Positions 58,044 to 64,000 of a stretch of 64,000 nt of DNA are shown here, in pieces. Below the pieces are notes generated by a model. That model saw only the letters and a program-made list of their open reading frames with translations. It did not search any database and was not told the origin of the DNA. Position numbers and translations under genes: made by a program. The DNA comes from an uncultured bacterium. GTDB lineage: Bacteria > Verrucomicrobiota > Verrucomicrobiia > Verrucomicrobiales > DEV007. The stretch spans positions 32,001 through 96,000 of the forward strand of contig CAXBMO010000011.1 in NCBI GenBank assembly GCA_963977015.1. The letters are read 5' to 3'. Each line of letters opens with the position of its first letter. The first letter of the stretch is position 1.

Positions 58044-58202
58044 GCAGAGGCTGGGGTTGGGACCGCTGGAAAGTAGAAATGTTCGAGAAGCAGGTCCGTC
58101 CGTCAAGTTTACTGGTTATGAAGTCTTTTCCCAATCTAAGCTCGGTTTGGAATAAAAACGTCTGGAAAGTCGGGATGGGAGGCTCCCAACCTATCCTATT
58201 CG

Positions 58203-59084
58203 CTAGGTGGCCGGGATGTAACGCTGGGCGATGAGGTTGACGGCCAACAGGGAAAAACAGAAGAGTGAGGCGCTCGAGCTGACGGAAATGCAGGCCATGG
58301 CATCCACCAACACCATTCCTGCGAGCAGTTTGCCGACAAAGGCTCCGATCTTGCCCGGTTTCTCACGCAGCGTCTCGTAACTCATCGCCAGCCAGATCCC
58401 AAAAATCGCGACCGAAGCAATGAGCGGGTGAAGCCAGTCTCCCGCTTGAATCCAGACGAAGAGGCCGAGGGCGGCCGGCGCGGCAAGGAGAAGAAGCGCG
58501 ACCCTTTTGACCGATCCGCCGGTGTTTTCGCCCCGGGCTGCGAGCGTGATTCCAGCGACATAAATCAGGAGCGCACCCGCCCAGAGCCAGATGGTCGAGG
58601 AGCATTCAAGCCTGAAAATCGAGGCGGTGGTGAGAAAAAGCAGGGCGCGACAGGCTCCCATGATCCAAACCGAACCGCTCCACTTCTTGTGAAAGTGGTT
58701 GTAGAGCGTAATCGCCGTGAAAAGGGCCGCGATATAGATGATGTGAGCCCCGATCACGAGAAACAGCGTGATTCCGGCGATCAGGCAGGCGAGGCAGTAG
58801 ATCGATGCAGTGCGGAATCTGATCATCCCGCGAGGAATGGGGCGATCCTTGGCATGTTGGCGATCCCACTCCACATCCATGAGGTCGTTCTGCGCCATTC
58901 CGCCGATGTAAAACAGGCTTCCGGCGAGCATGGCGACGAAAAGCATGCCCTCCCATTGGCCTCCCGCGAGAAACCAGGCGGCCGTGATGTTGGCCCAGAC
59001 GGTGGGAAGGTTCGAAACTCGTCCGAGGATCAACAAGGCCCGAATCGTCTGCGGTTTTTGCTGGGGGGATCCGGTTTGATTCAT
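58203..59084 (-). CDS. UbiA-family prenyltransferase (EboC-type)
   Basis: RVSNLPTVW, GMAQNDLMD..WD....DRPIP.G, MGACR; multiple TMs. Confidence 0.88.
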   Translation of the reverse strand: MNQTGSPQQKPQTIRALLILGRVSNLPTVWANITAAWFLAGGQWEGMLFVAMLAGSLFYIGGMAQNDLMDVEWDRQHAKDRPIPRGMIRFRTASIYCLACLIAGITLFLVIGAHIIYIAALFTAITLYNHFHKKWSGSVWIMGACRALLFLTTASIFRLECSSTIWLWAGALLIYVAGITLAARGENTGGSVKRVALLLLAAPAALGLFVWIQAGDWLHPLIASVAIFGIWLAMSYETLREKPGKIGAFVGKLLAGMVLVDAMACISVSSSASLFCFSLLAVNLIAQRYIPAT

Positions 59085-59127
59085 GCCGAGCGAACGTGCC
59101 AAAGTCGAATTTTCGGGAAACAAGCTC

Positions 59128-59802
59128 CTAGAGGGCGTCCATTTTCCCGCGCAACCATCCCGGCAACGGATCCATCCCATAGGCTTTCTCTGCGAAGATC
59201 TCGTATTGCTTCTTCGCCTCAAGCGGTTGCTTTGAAGCCACATAAAGCTCCGCGAGTTGCAGATGGATGCTTGGCGCGGTGTTGGAAGTTCGCGCTTCCG
59301 CATTCAGCTGTTCGATCAATTGCGACGTCGTTCCGCTGAGTTTTGCCGCGGTGCAGGCGTAATGGATGCGAAGCGGAAACGGCGCGGTTTCCTCTTCGAT
59401 TCGGAACGTGGCGGGAGCTGGCTTGACGATCGCGTGGGTGGTCGATTCCAGATTGTAGGAGCCGGGAGGAAGCGGTTTTTCGAGAATCCAGACCGCCTCA
59501 AGGTGTTCACCGGGAGCGAGAGAGACAGGCGGCGTAAAAGCCAGGTTCCACTTGGCCTGGCTCGCTTCGCGCAATTTGGGAGCGACATCGATTGGAATGC
59601 GAACGCGCTTGTTTGAGACGTTCTGGACCTGAAGATGAGCCACGATCGGAATTCCCGAGCCAAACGAGGCATGGTCTTGCTCATTCACGAGCCAGACCGC
59701 GTCAAAGTCGCCGAACTCCGGAGCCACGGCGAGCGGATCGCAGTTGGGAACCGCAACGAGAACGGGAGAAACGAAGGCAAAAAGGCGGAAAAAAGCGGTC
59801 AT
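59128..59802 (-). CDS. Hypothetical secreted protein (Ig-like + TPR-like)
   Basis: Signal-like N-terminus; SLAPGE beta domain; C-terminal HLQLAELY...EAKKQY. Confidence 0.6.
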   Translation of the reverse strand: MTAFFRLFAFVSPVLVAVPNCDPLAVAPEFGDFDAVWLVNEQDHASFGSGIPIVAHLQVQNVSNKRVRIPIDVAPKLREASQAKWNLAFTPPVSLAPGEHLEAVWILEKPLPPGSYNLESTTHAIVKPAPATFRIEEETAPFPLRIHYACTAAKLSGTTSQLIEQLNAEARTSNTAPSIHLQLAELYVASKQPLEAKKQYEIFAEKAYGMDPLPGWLRGKMDAL

Positions 59803-59825
59803 GGTTAACAGACTCAAAAACTCGA

Positions 59826-61793
59826 TCAGGGCGTGAAATCCCAGAGGCGCATCAGGTCGTTCGCGATGAGTTCGGTGGAGAGTTCACCGTCGAGAAAAAG
59901 GGATGTGGAACCGGGGTGCGGTCGCAACGCACGCCATGCCCGGGTTTGTGATTCGGAATTCGCGATCCCGAGCACGGCGGGAAGGGCATTGATCCGCAAC
60001 GCCTCGATCACGTAAACGCCGGCGCTGGATCCAACCGTTTCGCGGGAGTGCTCATGCGGCTCGACAAAATGAAGATCGATGCCGTAGGGATTGAAGCGCT
60101 GATCGATCGTGTTCTGGACCAGATTGTTGAGTTGGTCGGTGTAGTCGATCAAAAAGTAATCCTTCCGCGTAGGTGAAAATCGGCGGAACTGGCCGTTCAC
60201 GTACGCTCCGCGATACTCCTCGAACGGGCTGAGCGCGTCGTCATCCTCCTCCCCGGAGGAATCTTTTTCGAACGCGTCCGCGATTCCGTTTCGATTGAAA
60301 TCGAGGGGAAAGTGTATCGCGACACCTTCTTCGATCGCGCCGGGATCTTTGACCTGAATCGGTTCCCAAAATCCATCCACGAGGACCTCGGCGCGAATCA
60401 CGCCACTGGCCGCCCAATCCTGGACACTGACCGTGGCCACGGTCGGATTCTGGATCTTCTTGGCGAGAACCGCGTTCGAAACCGGATTCGGAAGGCCGGA
60501 ACTGCGAACCGTGCCCTGGAGCGCGAAGCCCGGGTTGAGTTTCTGATCAAAATAGAGGTCCGACTCGGAGTCTTCCGGCGTTTCCTCGAATGTCCGGTAG
60601 GTTCGGTTCCATTTCAGCTCCGTTTCACCTTCCGTCAGCTTCACTGGGATGCTCTGGGCGACCGTGGCACGGGCTCCGTCCTCCAATTGGCGCAAATTCG
60701 CATTGATGGCAGCTCCGGGGTGGTTGGAAACCTGATCCAGAATCAGGCGAATGCCTTTGACGCGCTTCGGATCCTTGAGGTGGACCGCAAATCTGCGCGT
60801 CTCGCCGAACGTGGGCATCCAGGTTTCCGGGGAGCCGTCTTCGCAGGCAAGCCAGGCGACATCGGGCGGCTCACCAATCGCGAGACGCCAGGATGCGGTG
60901 ATCTTGGTGTCCGGAAAGCCGCCTTTCGTGTCCGTCGAGATGCTGGCGACACTGGTTTGCGTCGCCGTTCCACTCGCGAGAATCCGCCGGCCGGTGAGCG
61001 TGCTGACCGAGCGAACTTCCGAGTCCTCAAACATCAGGCGAGGGGGCAACAAATTGCTGTGAGTGACCTTTCCGGTTCCAGCCGCGCCTCCAATTCGCAA
61101 ATCCAGCGGCAAACTGTAGTCGCGCTCGGACTTTGATACCCGGGGGGGAGCGTCTTTCGAAGTGCTGGGCGAAGTCGTGTTCCGCGTTTCCACCACTTTG
61201 GAATTCGCGACATGGTCGATCGACAACCCCGGCGGGGTGGTGACGGGAAGCGCGCTGAGGCGAATTTCGATGACCGGCTCGGACTCGTGTTCTTCGATGA
61301 TGCGGATGGAAAGGGGACACAACGTCGCGGCCCGGCGAAAACGTTCTTCCTGCTCCAGTTTGGCGAGAAATTCGGGATCGATTTTGTCGGATTTCGTGAA
61401 ATCCCCGAGGTCGATCTGGGATGGATCGATCGAAACCGTCGATTGTTGGTCCAGCTTGGCCTGAATGTCGGTTTTGGTGAACCAGCCGTTCCCGTAGTCG
61501 ACCGGGATCGCCTGAAAGGTCGCTTTTTGGGTTCCGCCCGCCGTGATTTGGATCTGGAGCGGCAACAGCGTCCGCACGTGCTGCCTGCCGCCGGGCGATT
61601 GGCGAATCTGCTGATAAAAGTCGGAAGCGGTGATTTCCAGCTTCCCGCTGCCGTCGTTCACCTCAATTTGAAGCCGGCCACCACGAACGGATTCAAAACC
61701 GGTGGAAGCCAGTCCCACCGTGTTCTGGGCGCAAGCGAATTGCCCCGCAAGCAGGGCAAAAACAACAGAATACAGCACCCGGTGATCGATCAT
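59826..61793 (-). CDS. Large hypothetical secreted protein
   Basis: Signal peptide at MIDHRVL; acidic DFNRNGIADAFE...DDDALSPFEEYRG possible Ca-binding segment. Confidence 0.65.
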   Translation of the reverse strand: MIDHRVLYSVVFALLAGQFACAQNTVGLASTGFESVRGGRLQIEVNDGSGKLEITASDFYQQIRQSPGGRQHVRTLLPLQIQITAGGTQKATFQAIPVDYGNGWFTKTDIQAKLDQQSTVSIDPSQIDLGDFTKSDKIDPEFLAKLEQEERFRRAATLCPLSIRIIEEHESEPVIEIRLSALPVTTPPGLSIDHVANSKVVETRNTTSPSTSKDAPPRVSKSERDYSLPLDLRIGGAAGTGKVTHSNLLPPRLMFEDSEVRSVSTLTGRRILASGTATQTSVASISTDTKGGFPDTKITASWRLAIGEPPDVAWLACEDGSPETWMPTFGETRRFAVHLKDPKRVKGIRLILDQVSNHPGAAINANLRQLEDGARATVAQSIPVKLTEGETELKWNRTYRTFEETPEDSESDLYFDQKLNPGFALQGTVRSSGLPNPVSNAVLAKKIQNPTVATVSVQDWAASGVIRAEVLVDGFWEPIQVKDPGAIEEGVAIHFPLDFNRNGIADAFEKDSSGEEDDDALSPFEEYRGAYVNGQFRRFSPTRKDYFLIDYTDQLNNLVQNTIDQRFNPYGIDLHFVEPHEHSRETVGSSAGVYVIEALRINALPAVLGIANSESQTRAWRALRPHPGSTSLFLDGELSTELIANDLMRLWDFTP

Positions 61794-61952
61794 GGGGCGG
61801 AACAGGTACGGTTTATGCTCCGCAACGGCAAGTGAAATGCCAAATCCAAGCACCCGAAAACAGGATTGATGGACGGTGACCGTTTCGGTTATCCTGAATA
61901 TCGACTTCACTTTCGGGCGTCAAATTGAGAACCTATTACCCAAATCAATGTT

Positions 61953-62630
61953 ATGCGTTTAGTGCCACAAAGTTGCCGGACTCGTCTTCAACCCCGTGAT
62001 TTTGACTTCATTGCGAAGGTCCTCACGGGAACGAGACCATCCCAAACCGATGCGATTTTCGAGTTGATGTGCGACTCGGATTCCCTCAACTCGCTCCTGG
62101 ATCACAAACAACTTTGGAACGCGATTCTCCACCTCAAACAGCCCGTCACGATTACGCCGGAGTTGTATTTCTACGTTCTGGTGCGCCAGGCCCTGCTGGA
62201 GGCGGGAATTGATCATTTGGAGCTGGCCGATTACATCGCCGCGACCCTTGCCGATCACGCCACGGGTTCCTCGGCTCATACCGGTGAATTGTCATTCAAC
62301 GACGCCTTCTATCACGTGGATTTCATCGAGGCGATGCATTCCGCCAGCCCCGCCGAGCAATTCTATCTTCACGTCCGCTGCGGAAACCAGTTCATGGTTC
62401 TGACGGGACTGTTTCCCCGCTTTCTCGCGCGGAGGGAAGAGCGGAAAGGTGCTCCGGGAGTGCTTTACTATGAAGGAGTTGCGCGGGATTCGTTTCGAAC
62501 GGCTGGAGGGCACCCTCTCGCCAACGAATTTGCGCTCGACGAAGTCTATCACTTGCTCGCCGAGGAGTTTCCGAGGACTCGCAAGGTGCTCAATCGCCTC
62601 GCCCAGGAATACCTGTTCCTGGGAGCGTGA
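61953..62630 (+). CDS. Conserved hypothetical protein
   Basis: 225-aa ORF with LYFYVLVR, ADYIA, GN...LTGLFP, YYE...G motifs; typical codon usage. Confidence 0.75.
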   Translation: MRLVPQSCRTRLQPRDFDFIAKVLTGTRPSQTDAIFELMCDSDSLNSLLDHKQLWNAILHLKQPVTITPELYFYVLVRQALLEAGIDHLELADYIAATLADHATGSSAHTGELSFNDAFYHVDFIEAMHSASPAEQFYLHVRCGNQFMVLTGLFPRFLARREERKGAPGVLYYEGVARDSFRTAGGHPLANEFALDEVYHLLAEEFPRTRKVLNRLAQEYLFLGA

Positions 62631-62805
62631 GCACTCGGCCAGGTGGCCGATTTGAAGAAAAACGCGCGTTGGTGACGTGTAATAAGTACTGAAATGTCAT
62701 TTTTTTGACATTCGACCTAACATTTTTTTCGTCACCACGTTAAAACCGGTGGGTTCTACTCGCCTGTCGAGGAGGATCGTTCGGAAAACCCTATCTCAAC
62801 CATTC

Positions 62806-64000
62806 ATGTCCGCCATCATCAATGCTCTCCGCAATGCGTTGGATTCTGACCCGGCAAGCTGGACGAATCGGTTGGCGCTCATCGAAGCTTTTCTGAACGA
62901 AGGGCAACCAAATGAGGCGATTGGAGTGCTGAACGAGGTTGAAGCCCTCCCGGAAGACGCGGATTCCCTGCTCATTGCCGCCAAGGCCTATGCCCTGGTT
63001 GGTTCGGAAGACGCCGGGAATCTGGTCGATGCGGTTTTGCAGGTGGATCCGAATCACGCCCAAGCGCATTTGACGATGGCCTTTATTGCTCATCGCGCGG
63101 GAAACCCCGCCGTGGCCGGTGAACATTTTGCGAAAGCAAAGACGCTGGATCCTTCCGCGACGGATCCGGACTTGGAGGCGGTTTACGGTTCCGCCCCGGC
63201 GGAAGCTGAGCCGATGGTCGCCCAGATCATCGATGAACCGTTGGATGGAGATGCGGAAGAGGTGATGGAAGCGGCCATCGCCGAGCCGGTTGTGGAATCA
63301 GCCGCGGTGGTTCCCGTCCAAGCTCCGAAACTGGTGCCGCCGGTCAGGTCGGAAGATCCTGAAGCGCACGCTGCGGTGGAGCACCTGAAAGCGTATGAGG
63401 AGGCTCAAAAACTGGCGGTCGAACGCGCGCGACGGCGGGATAAGATCAATTCGCTCTTTATCACGCTGGTGATGCACATCGGCGTGGTGGTGCTTCTCGG
63501 GTTGGTGGTGATGGCGGTTCCCATTGCTGAACCACCCAAGATTCAGGCCGTAACGGCTCCATCCGCAGAGGAAACCATGTTGGAACCCGACAAAGTGGTG
63601 AAGCACGTTCCGCGAAGCCCCACTTCAGCTTCCAACGCGATGCCGGACGTCCTTGCCGCGTTCAATACGTCTGACGTCGCCGTTCCGACGATGAAATTGG
63701 ATTCGACCCAACCTCCCGCCGATTTCGGGATGTACATGGGACCGCCGATGAGTTTTGGGATGTCGGGAGCGAGCGGCGGAGAAGCGATGATTTTCGGCAT
63801 GAAAGTGGAGGGCGACAAGTTGGGCGTGATTCTCGATGTTTCCGGATCGATGGCCGAATATCTCCCGCTCGTGATTCGGGAAGTGGATCGCAATTTCGAC
63901 AATGCCCCGATCGTTTACATCAACAACGCGTTGGTTCGTCCCGGTGGTAGTGAATCCATTGTTCAGCCCGTCGTTGAAGAAGATGTTGTTCCCAGCCGCG
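62806..64000 (+). CDS. TPR + TM + vWA-like protein (3' partial; absent from ORF track)
   Basis: Open frame from ATG 62806 to window end: TPR-like helices, TM FITLVMHIGVVVLLGLVVM, then IFG...LGVILDVSGSM MIDAS DxSxS. Confidence 0.85.
   Translation, partial: MSAIINALRNALDSDPASWTNRLALIEAFLNEGQPNEAIGVLNEVEALPEDADSLLIAAKAYALVGSEDAGNLVDAVLQVDPNHAQAHLTMAFIAHRAGNPAVAGEHFAKAKTLDPSATDPDLEAVYGSAPAEAEPMVAQIIDEPLDGDAEEVMEAAIAEPVVESAAVVPVQAPKLVPPVRSEDPEAHAAVEHLKAYEEAQKLAVERARRRDKINSLFITLVMHIGVVVLLGLVVMAVPIAEPPKIQAVTAPSAEETMLEPDKVVKHVPRSPTSASNAMPDVLAAFNTSDVAVPTMKLDSTQPPADFGMYMGPPMSFGMSGASGGEAMIFGMKVEGDKLGVILDVSGSMAEYLPLVIREVDRNFDNAPIVYINNALVRPGGSESIVQPVVEEDVVPSR

Noticed and set aside
58170-58202. Degenerate REP-like palindrome between the ebo-like genes
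   Set aside because: Single imperfect copy; cannot be distinguished from a terminator or chance hairpin without a genome-wide search

Overview
A GC-rich bacterial chromosomal segment, inferred from gene content (sulfatases, a Tat-exported DUF1501 protein, DUF1080, EF-hand fusions, LemA/DUF3137) to be PVC superphylum, most likely Verrucomicrobiota. Core genes are thyA, gltB, pdxH, hpt, rplS-rnhB-yraN, tRNA-Asp(GTC), dxr and a GspE/PilB ATPase, interspersed with carbohydrate and sulfate-ester catabolic genes. Main points of interest: (1) a selenoprotein the ORF track splits in two (2131-3408; CLTU-PPF deiodinase-like redoxin with a SECIS-like hairpin, a second Cys-pair domain and EF-hands); (2) a convergent four-gene locus (22709-29330) joining a Pycsar-type membrane effector, a circularly permuted ATP-grasp ligase, an EamA transporter and a 1201-aa membrane-anchored protein with three tandem class III cyclase-like domains, the best candidate for an undescribed cyclic-nucleotide system; (3) candidate non-coding RNAs: an anti-SD-loop sRNA at about 278-365, a gltB leader, and an antisense-like motif set at 45032-45346; (4) an AT-rich two-gene islet (PLD-like fold plus membrane protein) next to a frameshifted gene remnant. 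All family assignments come from reading motifs by eye, not from database searches. Start codons were adjusted from the ORF track where a better start was evident.
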